A stretch of DNA of 64,000 nt from Macrostomum lignano (GCA_002269645.1 NIVC01001413.1:1-64000); one strand, 5' to 3'. Numbered from the stretch's first letter, positions 1 to 11,002 are shown. Program-made: numbers and translations. The notes: generated by a model not told the origin, from the sequence alone.

Positions 1-86
1 AGTGCCAGTGTCAATTGTCAAAAATCGAATGTCAAATTCTGACGCTTTATAAACCTTAAATAATATTCAAAATGAAACCTGCACAG

Positions 87-452
87 GCCGGAGTCGCCAT
101 CGGCACCAAGATAGAAGCTTTGCTAGCCCAGACTCTGGCTAATTTAGTTGACGAAATGGCACGACTGCATCGACTGGAGCCGCACCTGGCCAACCTGTGC
201 AGCCTGGTCCACCGCAGCATGCGATTGCCTGTTGGCAAAGCGCCAAATTCTATGCAGCCCGCCTAGGATTCTGTCTTCTCAAGGCCACGGTCACGATCGA
301 AGCAAAGGAGCGGAGGACCGGTTAATGGCAAGCTGGCCGCTCTGCTGATTGGCGCAATTCGGCCTGGCTCGGATGCGGCTGTCAATCATATTGGCAAGCT
401 GTTGCGATTGTTGAGCCCTAATATTCCGTCTAATAGTGGTCGCTGGCTGCTG
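87..452 (+). CDS. PSME4: PSME4/PA200 proteasome activator, first exon in window (gene begins upstream); contains an in-frame TAG at 264-266
   Basis: Acceptor cacag|87 and donor |gtagg 453. Translation ...RSMRLPVG...PA*DSV...PSNSGRWLL resembles recalled human PSME4 RSLNLPVG...NAYD...HPSNNGRWL. Confidence 0.75.
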
Positions 453-494
453 GTAGGTTTTATGTTTCTATTGCAGTTTATCTGTTCCCGTAGC

Positions 495-1150
495 TCAAAT
501 TCCAATCCCCATACATAAAGTCCGAATCCCTATAGCCAAAATCCCAATTCCCATAGCCAACGTCTCAATCCATATAGCCAAAATCCCAATTCCCGTAGCA
601 AAAATCCCAATACCGTAGCAAAAATCCCAATACCCGTAGCCAAACGTCCCAATCCATATACCAAAATCCAATTCCGTAGCAAAAATCCCAATACCCGTAG
701 CAAAAATCCCAATACCCGTAGCCAAATTCTAAACCCCATAGCCAAAATCCCAATCTCGTAGCTGAAATCCCAATCCCCATAGCCAAAGATCGAATCCTCA
801 TAGCCAATATCTTTATTACCTTAGCCAGCCAAAATCCAATTCTCCTAGTTAAAGTGCAAACTTCCCCGTAACAAGAATCCTGATTCCATAGCTATTATCC
901 CGATTCCCTAGCCTAAAATCCGATTTCCCCTAGCTAAAATCCGATTCCCCAGCTATAATCACGATTCCTCTAGCTATAATCCCGATTCCCCTAGCTAAAA
1001 TCCCGATTCCCCTAGCTAAATCCCGATTCCCCCAGCTATAATCACAATTCCTCTAGCTATAGTCCGATTCCCCTAGCTATAATCCCGATTCCTCTAGCTA
1101 TAATCCTGATTCCCCTAGCTAAAATCCCGATTCCCCTAGCTATAATCCCG
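495..1150. repeat. Two related ~21-22-bp intronic minisatellites
   Basis: aaaatcccaatacccgtagc and tagctataatcccgattcccc units. Confidence 0.85.
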
Positions 1151-1203
1151 AACAGCAAGTAATAAAGTACATGCCAATTCCTATCTAAAATTTCAATTTG
1201 CAG

Positions 1204-1606
1204 TCGGTCGCTTCACTAATCCGCAAGCTGCTCACTAAGCTGGTGCACCGGCTCACAGACGAGCGTCACGGTCATTCGCCACAAAGTCTGGTGGCGCCTG
1301 CCGCCTAAGGAGGCACACATTAGCGACTCGCAAAGATTAGCCCTGTTCAACATGCTACTGGAGCCGGCTTTTATGCTAATCCACGCTCGTGGCTACACTA
1401 TCAGCATGGCTTCCTGCGCTAATCTGATCTGCCAGTTGAATCCTGGCCGTTTTTACAGCGGCTGTTTGTTGAATTGCAGCCGGCTCTGATGGATTCCAGT
1501 CAGCCTCATCGGCTCTGCGCTCTGTTGCTAATGGCCTCTAGAGTTGGATTGCTATCGTGCGCTACTCTCCCGAAGAGGTGGTGCCGCTGTTGCACAGGTC
1601 GTACAG
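1204..1606 (+). CDS. PSME4: PSME4 exon (needs about 3 frame corrections in this sequence)
   Basis: ttgcag|1204. Pieces SVASLIRKLL..HRLTDER / RHKVWWRLPPKEAHISDSQ..LLEPAF / LQRLFVELQPALMDSSQPHRL match the PSME4 order but lie in alternating frames. Donor at 1607 (or 1598). Confidence 0.65.
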
Positions 1607-1649
1607 GTGAAATAAATCTGCTAGCATGAAAGTTTCTATTCAAATAACC

Positions 1650-2330
1650 TGACCGAAGGATCCTCCTGACCTAAATAACCTCCCGACCTAAAAGACCTGA
1701 CCTAAATGACCTGACCTATATAACCTACTGACCTAAATGACCTCCTGAAGGACCTGACCTAAATGAACTCCTGACCTAAATAACCTTCTGAACTAAATGA
1801 CCTGACCTGAATAATCTACTGACTTAAATTACCTACTAAGTTAAATTACCTGACCTAAATAACCTCCTAACCTAAATAACCTTCTGACCTAAATGACCTC
1901 CTGACCTAAATGACCTGACCTAAATGACCTCCTGACCTAAATGACCTCCTGACCTAAATAACCTTCTGAACTAAATGACCTGACCTAAATGACCTCCTGA
2001 CCCAAATGACCTACTGACCTAAATGACCTCCTGACCTAAATGACCTCCTGACCTAAATAACCTTCTGACCTAAATGACCTGACCTAAATGACCTCCTGAC
2101 CTAAATGACCTCCTGACCCAAATGACCTACTGACCTAAATGACCTCCTGACCCAAATGACCTACTGACCTAAATGACCTCCTGACCCAAATGACCTACTG
2201 ACCTAAATGACCTCCTGACCTAAATGACCTCCTGATCTAAATAATCTACTGACTTAGATGACCTCCTAACCTGAATAATCTCCTCACCGAAAGAACCAGA
2301 CCTAAATGATCCTTGATCGGGATAACCTGA
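1650..2330. repeat. Intronic minisatellite (13-17 bp)
   Basis: ctgacctaaatgacctc units. Confidence 0.9.
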
Positions 2331-2606
2331 TTCAGTAAAATTTAGTTCTAAGAAGAAATGCTTCCAATTAATTTAATATATTATATTATTTAAGAAGAAG
2401 CCGTTCTTTTTATGCGGGCTTGTCACAATACGCAGAGAGTGTACACCCTGTGTGAGCGTGTGTTTGAGTACGTGCCTGCGTGCATTTTGGCGCGCTTGCT
2501 TGTGCTCAGGAACGGGCAGAATTGCCATCAGCGTGTTTGTGTGGAACGATTGATTGCGCCATAAATTTGTTTCTACCATACCAATCAATCCATTCCATCA
2601 CCGCAG

Positions 2607-2991
2607 CGTACTGCACTGCTCGAGCTGAGCAACCCGCTCCGCTTAGCGGCCGCTCTGTCACTAATTAAAGAACTCATTCACGAGATCTCTCTGGACACCT
2701 CGTTGGAAGAATTCTCCGCCTTATTCATGGACCGAGTCCTAGCCATAGCCGAGTCCCTGCTCACTGGCACCGGTTTTGGCGCCAGTTCAAAATCTGCAGC
2801 CGGCCTGTCTCCTCTGTTAGAGATATTCTACAACATGCTCATGCAAGGCAGCGACGAGATTCAATCTATTCTGATTAACAAGTTCAAGACTTGGTCAGCT
2901 GGGGCTGCTTATGAACCGGAGGGTGCAGCTAAGACCGTGCTGAGGCTGTTTGCCCTTTCTCCGGCTCTCTGCCAAGCTCTATTGTGCCCTG
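2607..2991 (+). CDS. PSME4: PSME4 exon
   Basis: ccgcag|2607 and donor |gtgagt 2992. LEEFSALFMDRVLAIAES resembles PSME4 FEDFVLQFMDRCFGLIES. One frame shift near 2960-2975 is needed to join the next exon (IVPW|CIEQ). Confidence 0.75.
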
Positions 2992-3069
2992 GTGAGTTAA
3001 CTTACCCCTCATTATTAGGTTATGTTTTAGTGGAAGTCGATTTAAAATAGGTGAGATCTAGATTGCCTT

Positions 3070-4300
3070 CTTAGGGGTGAGAAGTAGACTGGTGTATTAA
3101 AAATTGTAAGAAGTTAGTTGGAAATGGGTGAGATTGGAATGAGTGAGAACTGAGAAGTAGACTGTAATAAGTGAGAAGTAGATCGGAATGAGTGAGTGGG
3201 AAGTAGACTGGAATGAGTGAGAAATTGACTGGATTGGGTGAGAAGTAGAGATGGGAATGAGTGAGAAGTAGAGATTGGAATGAGTGAGAAGTAGAGATTG
3301 GAATGAGTGAGAAGTAGAGATTGGAATAATTGATAAGTAGAGATTGGAATGAGTGAGAAGTAGTGTTTGGAATGAGTGAGAAGTAGAGATGGGAATGAGT
3401 GAAAGTAGAGATTGGAATGAGTGAGAAGTAGAGATTGGATTGAGTGATAAGTAGAGATTGGAATGAGTGATAAGTAGAGATTGGAATGAGTGAGAAGTAG
3501 TGTTTGGAATGAGTGAGAAGTAGAGATGGGAATGAGTGAGAAGTAGAGATTGGAATGAGTGAGAAGTAGTGTTTGGAATGAGTGAGAAGTAGTGTTTGGA
3601 ATGAGTGAGAAGTAGAGATTGGAATGAGTGAGAAGTAGAGATTGGAATGAGTAAGAAGTAGAGATTGGATTGAGTGATAAGTAGAGATTGGAATGAGTGA
3701 GGAATTGACTGGATTGGGTGAGAAGTAGAGATTGGAATGTGAGAAGTAGTGTTTGGAATGAGTGAGAAGTAGAGATTGGAATGAGTGAGAAGTAGAGATT
3801 GGAATGAGTGAGAAGTAGAGATTGGAATGAGTGAGAAGTAGAGATTGGAATGAGTGAGAAGTAGTGTTTGGAATGAGTAAGAAGTAGAGATGGGAATGAG
3901 TGAGAAGTAGAGATTGGAATGAGTGAGAAGTAGTGTTTGGAATGAGTGAGAAGTAGAGATTGGAATGAGTGATAAGTAGAGATTGGAATGAGTGAGAAGT
4001 AGTGTTTGGAATGAGTGAGAAGTAGAGATTGGACTGAGTGAGAAGTAGAGATGGGAATGGGTGAGAAGTAGAGATTGGAATGAGTGAGAAGTAGAGATGG
4101 GAATGAGTGATAAGTAGAGATTGGACTGAGTGATAAGTAGAGATTGACTGAGTGAGAAGTAGAGATTGGACTGAGTGAGAAGTAGAGATGGGAATGGGTG
4201 AGAAGTAGAGATTGGACTGAGTGAGAAGTAGAGATTGGACTGAGTGAGAAGTAGAGATTGGACTGAGTGAGAAGTAGAGACTGGAATGAGTGGGAATGAA
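3070..4300. repeat. 23-bp intronic minisatellite
   Basis: ggaatgagtgagaagtagagatt units. Confidence 0.95.
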
Positions 4301-4320
4301 GTGGATGAAGATTAAGATAG

Positions 4321-6538
4321 TGATGTAACCGCCCTTGTCGCCTGTCCGCTCCGTAGAGAGACGAACGCATGGCTAGAGGGGGCAATGACCGTAGGCTGCC
4401 TATGACCGGGCAATGACCTGACGGACCTCCAGCACCAGACTGTCCCGCCCACATGATTAGTAGCTTTGGTAGCGCTTCGTGACCAGAGGGCCAAGGACCC
4501 ACATGGACCCCACCTGTAGCCAAGGTGCAATAGTTGGTCACTCGGTCATGGTATGACCGAGTGGCTGCCACCACTCTATGTGACCTGGCGCACCTGGATC
4601 TTTCTACCAGACCTCTCGAGGCTAGAGCCCCGCCTGGATTGGTTACCAGGGGATTTAGGCTAACAGGGGAGACGCATGCAGCCGAGTACAGGGACTCTGC
4701 TTGGGGCATGATCGGGAACTCTGGGCTCAATCCTGGAGGATTTCTCAGCAGGGGATCCTTTGTGGCTGTGAGCGAGGCTGACTTGCGACTTTGATTACTA
4801 AGAGTAGTATGAGGCGAACATGTACTGTCTACAGTTTAGATTGCTCAGGGCGAAGGGACGCGTTAGCATGGGGTTGCAACCTTCCTACTGCCATTCTGTG
4901 CCAAGACTCGCTAATCCCTCTACTGCACGCACACGCGGCCCCGCAGCACGCACTCACAGGCGGGCTTTGCACGGGGAGAGGCCATTAGCTTACCCAAACT
5001 TCCTTATGCTTTGCCACCCCGGGAGAAAGGCTTAGCAAGCCATGAGTGAAATGATGGTGAAAGATTGAATAATGATGAAGTTAGTTAATAGTTAATAATT
5101 AGGCCCTTAGGCAAATAAGCAGGCAATTAGGCGGCTTCACTATTGAGTAAAATACAGCAAAAGATACGGTATCACAATTGGCTCAGCTCTCTAATCAGAC
5201 AATGGAAAATAGGCAAACCCCGGATAAGCAAAGGCAATTAGAGCACAAATTAGTAGCAGGAACTTACCGGCAGCTGCACAGAGAGAGAGAGAGGCGGAGT
5301 GACCGAGGGCGGCTGTAGGCTGCAGTCAGGCAGACGGTGAAGCGGCGATGCGCTGGAGCGACGAGGCGCTGATGTAGATCAGGCGATGCTGATGATGCTG
5401 GGCGGTATCAGACCGCTGGCCGATAGGCGAGCTCACTTGGGGAGCTAAGGATAACTTGGCGGTAACAGACCGCGGACCGGCAGGGATTCGTCTTATAGAC
5501 GAATGGGTCAGAACTCAATCTGACAGCAAGTCCAAAGAAGGACGAGGAGAGGAACAGAGATAAACTCAGTTGAGTATTCTCATGCCGAAATCGCTTCCTT
5601 TTATAGACCTCACAGCCGCCTCCTCAAGGTCGTTACCATGGCTCCCTCTCTCTGATTGGCTGCCGGCAGAATGACGTCAGAATGAGTCATGATGAGAAGC
5701 ATGAGACCGGCATAGCAACATGAGAAATCGGGAAATTGCGCAATCCGGAGGTGGGGTGGGGGATAATTGGCGCAGCGGGTGGTCGCGAAAGTGTTGCGCA
5801 AGCAAACATTGAGAACAATAGGGCTGGGGTCGAGAACAAAGGAATTGGAAATCGGGGATAATTGGGGAAAACTGAGAACAATGGAAAAGTAAACATTGGA
5901 GAAAAGGTGATAATTAGGTGCGAAAACGAGAACAAAAGAAAGAGAAAATCGGAGAAAATGTGATAATTGGTGGGGGTCGAGAGAACAAAAGAAGCAAAAA
6001 CGAGAACAATAGAAGCGGAGGTGGGGTGGGTGTCACATGAGAAATTTGGGAAGGAGAACAATAGCGTGAGAAAAGGTTGCGCAAGAGAGGGGGATGAGTC
6101 ATCGATGAGTCACCGAGGGGGAGAAGGGGTCACACGACTTGCGTCACCGTTTGGGAGTTTGAGAGGGGATGGGGAGACGGTGAGCACACAAAGTACTGTA
6201 AGTAGACACAGGGAAAGAGGGGACAGCGCAGGAAAAGAGTGCAGAGGGAGACAAAAAAAAGGGAGGAGGTAGAGAAAGTACAGGAAGAATAGGGCGGGAA
6301 CAGAAGAGATAGGGTAGAGGGGGAGGTACAGAAAGGGGTAGGGGCTCCGGAAAGGCAGGTGTGGCGGCAGGAGAGACGGGACCAAGGCAGCAGGAGGGGT
6401 GCAGCAGAGCGGGAGTCTCCAGGCCCGGTCGGAGACCTGGCCGAGTCTCGACAGCTCTGTGCAGAGGGTGCACGGGATAGGAGGCACTTTCGAAAAAGTT
6501 CCCATGCCCTATCCCGCGACCAGAGCGTGGTTACATCA
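4321..6538 (-). repeat. 3' LTR (2218 bp)
   Basis: Termini TGATGTAACC...GGTTACATCA form a perfect 10-bp inverted repeat. Differs from the other LTR by about 7 substitutions and 3 one-base indels (by eye). Confidence 0.95.
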
Positions 6539-6555
6539 CACCCCCACTGCCTTTT
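6539..6555 (-). other. Polypurine tract
   Basis: - strand AAAAGGCAGTGGGGGTG directly abutting the 3' LTR start TGATG. Confidence 0.7.
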
Positions 6556-7142
6556 GTGACGGAACTGGTTCCGTCATCATCACTGCCCAACATGGAACCA
6601 CACAGACGGGAGCGGGATCTCAACCGAACGTGAAATCACAGAATTAACAAACCGCGAGCGGGAATGGAAAAAGGCGATAAAATAGAGGGGATAGCAATAA
6701 ATTCACAAACGAGATACATAGGTTGGAGTGCAATACAGAATTTCAAAAATTTCAACTGTTGCTGTGGCTAAAGTGGGAGGGGGGAAACACAGACAGCGCA
6801 ATAGTAGGGAGAAAAATAGCGAATTGTCAACAATAAATTATCATAATTGGATAGAAGCGCAGCTGGGAAAGAGAGGAAACGGGGAAGGGTGAGGGAAGTG
6901 GGGAAAAAGAAGGGGGGAAGGGTTGCTAGCACACAGCCAAGGGCAGAGCCTCGGGGAGAATGACGATTACACAGGGGAAAAATACTAATGCAGCGCAGTA
7001 AATTAATAAGCTAATTTCGCCGGGAGTTCAACCGCACGGAGGCCTAGCGTCCTTGAAGGCTCGGACCCCGCTTCAGCCAGTCAGAGGGCTTCGGGGCGAT
7101 CGGTTGTAGGCTGGGAGGCGCCGCGCCGTGCGCTGGCCACTG

Positions 7143-7255
7143 TATAAAAGGCGCCACTGATAACGGGAGCCGGCTGCCTGCAACCTACACGGAGTCGCAG
7201 TTTCCAACCAAGGCACTCAGCGCGATTTTCCAAACTATACAACTACTCGGTAAGT
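7143..7255 (+). promoter_or_regulatory. Putative antisense promoter and first exon inside the element
   Basis: TATAAAAG 7143-7150 after a GC-rich stretch; strong donor CG|GTAAGT at 7250. Confidence 0.4.
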
Positions 7256-8060
7256 CCCATCACCAACCTGATTTCCTTTCGCCTATACGTTAAACGAAAT
7301 CTACCCACTTGCCATGCCTTTCATATTAAACTGAGCCAACTTAGTAGTAAATATGTCTTTTCTTACGGTACTAAGAGTGAGAGGCCAACACAGACTTATT
7401 TTTATGAATTTGATTGACGCACAACAAAGACTCGTATATTATTAGTAAAAGGTGGCATATTAGAAAAACAAGTTTTTATTAGAAAAATAGTGAAATTAAA
7501 AATAGTGGCACACACAGAAACACACACACACAGGCCTCATTCACATCTCCGAAACCCTCAAAACTTAACAGCCGAAAGAGTTTGAAAGAGGAATTAATCA
7601 TTAATTTGACTGCCACCAGTTTGATGTACTATTATAAAAGAGAAAGGGGAACCTACCACCATCTTGGCGCATTACTAAAGAAAAGAAAAGGAGGATCGCC
7701 ACCATTTTGAGAGAGGTTGCTAGGGAAAACTGCCACCATTGTACATTAACAGGGAAGAGAAAGAGGGAACTCGTCACCAATTAGAGTGGATTGCCGGGGA
7801 AACTGCCACCATTTGCCCTTCTACCAGAGGAGAGGAAGACGAAAAACTGCCATCACTTGAGGTGTATTATTAAAAGAAGGCGGGGAATAAGGCTACCACT
7901 ACTTGATCACCTAGAGCTCAAGGAAGGAGAGGGAATGAAGAAAGAAGAAACCCCCAGAAGGCCACTACCACACGCCATAAAGTTAAAATCCCCATCTATC
8001 TACATCCTAATAATTTGCTAGTTCCTACTTCTATTTCATCCCTTAAATTCTCATTTTCAG

Positions 8061-8467
8061 GATTCCGGCCGCTAGTAGCCGAGCCCATCCTTGAAGAGGA
8101 GTCCGACTACGAAGCGCCCGAAGACAGCCATTCAGAGCCGGACGCCCCCTCTGATTCTGGGCCGGCTGCGCCATCTGGTGACATAGGCGCCGCGGCTCCC
8201 GGGCCATGCGACCGCCGGGCCGCCAGCGAACCAGCGTCCGGGGCCGGTTGGCATCCGGTACCACCGCCGTTGTCAGCCCGAGCGCACGCTCCGCCGCCGG
8301 TCGCCGCGGTGACGCCCGTGGCTGCCGCTCCACAGCCCTTGCCAACCCCTGTGGTGGAGACCGACGGCTCCTGGCATTTGGTCGTGCTGTCGACGGCCCT
8401 AATAGCCGGTCTCACAATGCACTGGCTACTGCTCTTGGAGCTATTTCTGCGGCTTCCCAACTGCTGA
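8061..8467 (+). CDS. Putative antisense exon: acidic/Pro-Ala-rich segment with a C-terminal hydrophobic helix
   Basis: Acceptor ctcattttcag|8061; GC-rich open frame inside AT-rich flanks ending WHLVVLSTALIAGLTMHWLLLLELFL; start codon unresolved. Confidence 0.3.
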
Positions 8468-9054
8468 TGCTGGTGGTTCTTAATGCTTACTTACTAATTC
8501 TGAACTATCTGTCCCCATAACTTGACTTTAATTACTTACCTGACTTTACATTGACTAAACCACTGGCCTACTCTAAACTAATTGCTGCCCCATTTGCCTG
8601 ATAAACTTAATTACATTGAATGCCCCCCCTATTGCCTCATCGAAACCAATTAAAAGTTTCCCAAAATCGGACTTTCACAAAGTGTGAACAAACACACGAA
8701 ATCAGACCTAAAGGTGCTAATTTCCTACGGTCCCAGACTTCCATTGTTCCCAGAAAATCTTAAACAGCGGGGCAGGACCTCCTGTGGAGCAGACCCATAG
8801 AAATTTTACTAGTTTCCAAGTTAATATTTACTGATAGGGAATTAACGCATACTGTACGGGCCTAATTTTCGAGCTAAAATCTTAGATATTTAAACAACAC
8901 CAACGAGCACGAGGTCACAACATAAATTCGAGTAATAGAGGGCATACGTAAATACGCGAAAAGCGGTCTCCAACGGGGCAACACGAGCAAAATTTCGACA
9001 CGCGAATCGGGGGGGGGGAATTAAGCAATCACTGGCTAGCTACCGATCTGTTAC

Positions 9055-9435
9055 TCAGCGGGGGTCGAATGGGAGACTCACACCTAGCAAGTAAACCTTT
9101 TCTGTTCGATAGTCTATGATAGCATGCGTACTGGCTAGAAAAGCACTACCCAGGAGGGAAACTGCTGCTGAATTGCCAACGACCAGAAAGAGGATTCTCA
9201 CCTCTTCTAGCCCAATAACTGCTGTGAGGGTGGCCTGGCCTAGCATCTCTAATTCATTGCCCGTGTAGGACACGGCCTTCACACATGGGGGCTCCAGGGC
9301 CTCCACACTCTGTCCGGTAATTTTAGTAAAGTCTTTGACTGTTAGCAAAGACAGCGCACTGCCCCCATCTACCAGGAGGCGGGTGGGAACATTCTCAATT
9401 GGCAACTCTACAACAATATCTCTCCCGCGTTGTCC
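9055..9435 (-). CDS. Retropepsin-type aspartic protease domain (no own ATG; stop right after the domain)
   Basis: IVVELPIENVPTRLLVDGGSALSLL...SLLGSAFL...IIDY fits the retroviral protease fold pattern; catalytic motif reads DGG. Confidence 0.8.
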   Translation of the reverse strand, partial: GQRGRDIVVELPIENVPTRLLVDGGSALSLLTVKDFTKITGQSVEALEPPCVKAVSYTGNELEMLGQATLTAVIGLEEVRILFLVVGNSAAVSLLGSAFLASTHAIIDYRTEKVYLLGVSLPFDPR

Positions 9436-9510
9436 TCAGCTGGTCTTGGCTGATAGAAATCGGGTACCTTCTCAAATCTAAACTTCTTGCTGGGCGGACG
9501 TGGCAGGTTA

Positions 9511-9578
9511 AGCTGGGCCCTAGAGAGGGAACGGGGCTGAGTTCGGGCCGGGCCATTCAGCCCTCCCACGGGTTTCCC
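9511..9578 (-). other. -1 programmed ribosomal frameshift signal (G GGA AAC plus predicted H-type pseudoknot)
   Basis: Heptamer 9578-9572 in the correct gag phase; 8-nt spacer; stem1 GGGCTGA(9563-9557)/TCAGCCC(9540-9534); stem2 loop GGCCC with GGGCC(9520-9516). Confidence 0.75.
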
Positions 9579-11002
9579 GAACCCGGGGGCTCTTCAGGCG
9601 TGGAAGGAGGAGGCATCAGAGCTTGCGCGCGCAGCTGGGCGAGCCTCTCCTGCCTCTCCCTGGTAGCCTCGTCTAACATATCTCTGCCCCACTCCTCTAA
9701 ATCTTGCCTATGGCGATCAGGTGGCGCACGAAGCTGCAATTGCTGCTGCTGCACACCCGGCGCCGGCGGCGTGGGCGCCTCCTGAATTGCAAGCGGCGGG
9801 GGCTGGGGTTGGCGCCAGTTCCTACTGCTATTAGAGCCGCCCTGCCCCTGCCTCCAGTTCCTGTTGGGAGTGGCGGGGCGAGGGGGCCTCATCTGCTGGG
9901 GCAGCTGGGCAACAGACTCTGCTGTCGCCTTCATAGTTTCATTGAGCTGCACCAGCTGGTTGCGCAGATCCTTTTGCGTTTGCTCTAGCGCGCCCAACCT
10001 CTCTTGCATCTCTGATAGGCCGTCACCGTCCTCCTCCGTCTCGTCAGCTTCCTGGTTCACCATCCTGACCCACTTGCGAGGGGGCCTGGGTGGCTGCTGA
10101 GGTTGCAGACGGACTTCGGTGCGGGACTCAGACCTGGGCGGGCCACTACTGTCCCATTTCCCGGCTAAGTCTGCGGCTTCTAACAGGGCTTGCTGCTGTT
10201 CTAACACCTGCTCAATTGTCTGCCAGCGACGGCTCAACAGATCTTGTCTGACCTGGCGGGGGAGCTTAGCGTGTTCCAAGTAGGTGTACACGATTTCTTG
10301 TTCTCTCTGCTCACCCTGAATCTGAGGAAACATGGCCGTTATCTGAGATCTTATCATAGCAGCAAAAGCACTATGTGATTGGCCGGGTTTCTGGCTCAGA
10401 TTCTTCAGCTTATTTCTCTTAGCCAGATCAGTGTTGGCCTCGCCCAACTGCTCTCCTAATCTAGATACGAACTGCTCAAAGGGCAATTGCCCGTCCAATC
10501 CTAAGGCTAAGTTCTGAAATTCACCTGGGAGGTGCGAGATGAGCACCTGCTTCCTAGCCTGATCTCCTACAGTTCTCTCCGCGTCCAGCTTGTAGATCAT
10601 TCTCTCTACCCATTGCACAAAACAGTGTTCGCCGGGAGAGAACTTTTCTACGTAGATTTTCGGCCTCTGGGCGTCTTGGCCCATGTTTAGCTGGTTAAAC
10701 GCATTGGCTATAGCGGCAACTAAGTCTCCTAGCTGCGGGACTGCCTGAGGAGGATTCTGGGCTGCGTCCGGGGGAGCAGCGGCGGCTGCTGCGCCACCCT
10801 GATTGGGAGCGGGAGCTGCTACTCCTTCATCTGGTTCCTCAACTACTACTGCTTCTGGAGGCTGAGGGACCTGGTTACCAGCGGCTGCGGCCATTGCGGC
10901 TGCGGGGGCGGCAACTGCTGGGGTGTCAGCGGCCGAGGGTGGTTGACCAGGGGCGTCTGCGCACACAGCTTCTACGACCCTATCTCCACGCGCCCGTGAC
11001 AT
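9557..11002 (-). CDS. gag: Gag (Ty3/gypsy retrotransposon capsid), 481 aa, no CCHC knuckle
   Basis: Intact ORF. FVQWVERM...RKQVLISHLPG...LKNLSQKPGQSHSAFAAMIR fits the retrotransposon capsid/MHR pattern, with a Pro/Ala-rich N-terminus and a coiled-coil/Pro-rich C-terminus. Confidence 0.85.
   Translation of the reverse strand: MSRARGDRVVEAVCADAPGQPPSAADTPAVAAPAAAMAAAAGNQVPQPPEAVVVEEPDEGVAAPAPNQGGAAAAAAPPDAAQNPPQAVPQLGDLVAAIANAFNQLNMGQDAQRPKIYVEKFSPGEHCFVQWVERMIYKLDAERTVGDQARKQVLISHLPGEFQNLALGLDGQLPFEQFVSRLGEQLGEANTDLAKRNKLKNLSQKPGQSHSAFAAMIRSQITAMFPQIQGEQREQEIVYTYLEHAKLPRQVRQDLLSRRWQTIEQVLEQQQALLEAADLAGKWDSSGPPRSESRTEVRLQPQQPPRPPRKWVRMVNQEADETEEDGDGLSEMQERLGALEQTQKDLRNQLVQLNETMKATAESVAQLPQQMRPPRPATPNRNWRQGQGGSNSSRNWRQPQPPPLAIQEAPTPPAPGVQQQQLQLRAPPDRHRQDLEEWGRDMLDEATRERQERLAQLRAQALMPPPSTPEEPPGSGNPWEG

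Noticed and set aside
3114-4730. 538-aa ORF
   Set aside because: Runs from LTR sequence across the insertion junction into a 23-bp minisatellite; periodic translation, not a gene.
4321-6538. Hammerhead ribozyme in the LTR (retrozyme hypothesis)
   Set aside because: The one CTGATGA (~5386, + strand) lacks the flanking stems and GAAA; no CUGANGA found on the sense strand. Other ribozyme classes not excluded.
6539-9054. Expected RT/RNase H/integrase or env downstream of the protease
   Set aside because: No long - strand ORF; the frame closes within 5 codons of the protease stop; no YxDD/HHCC/DDE motif noticed by eye. tBLASTn still advisable.
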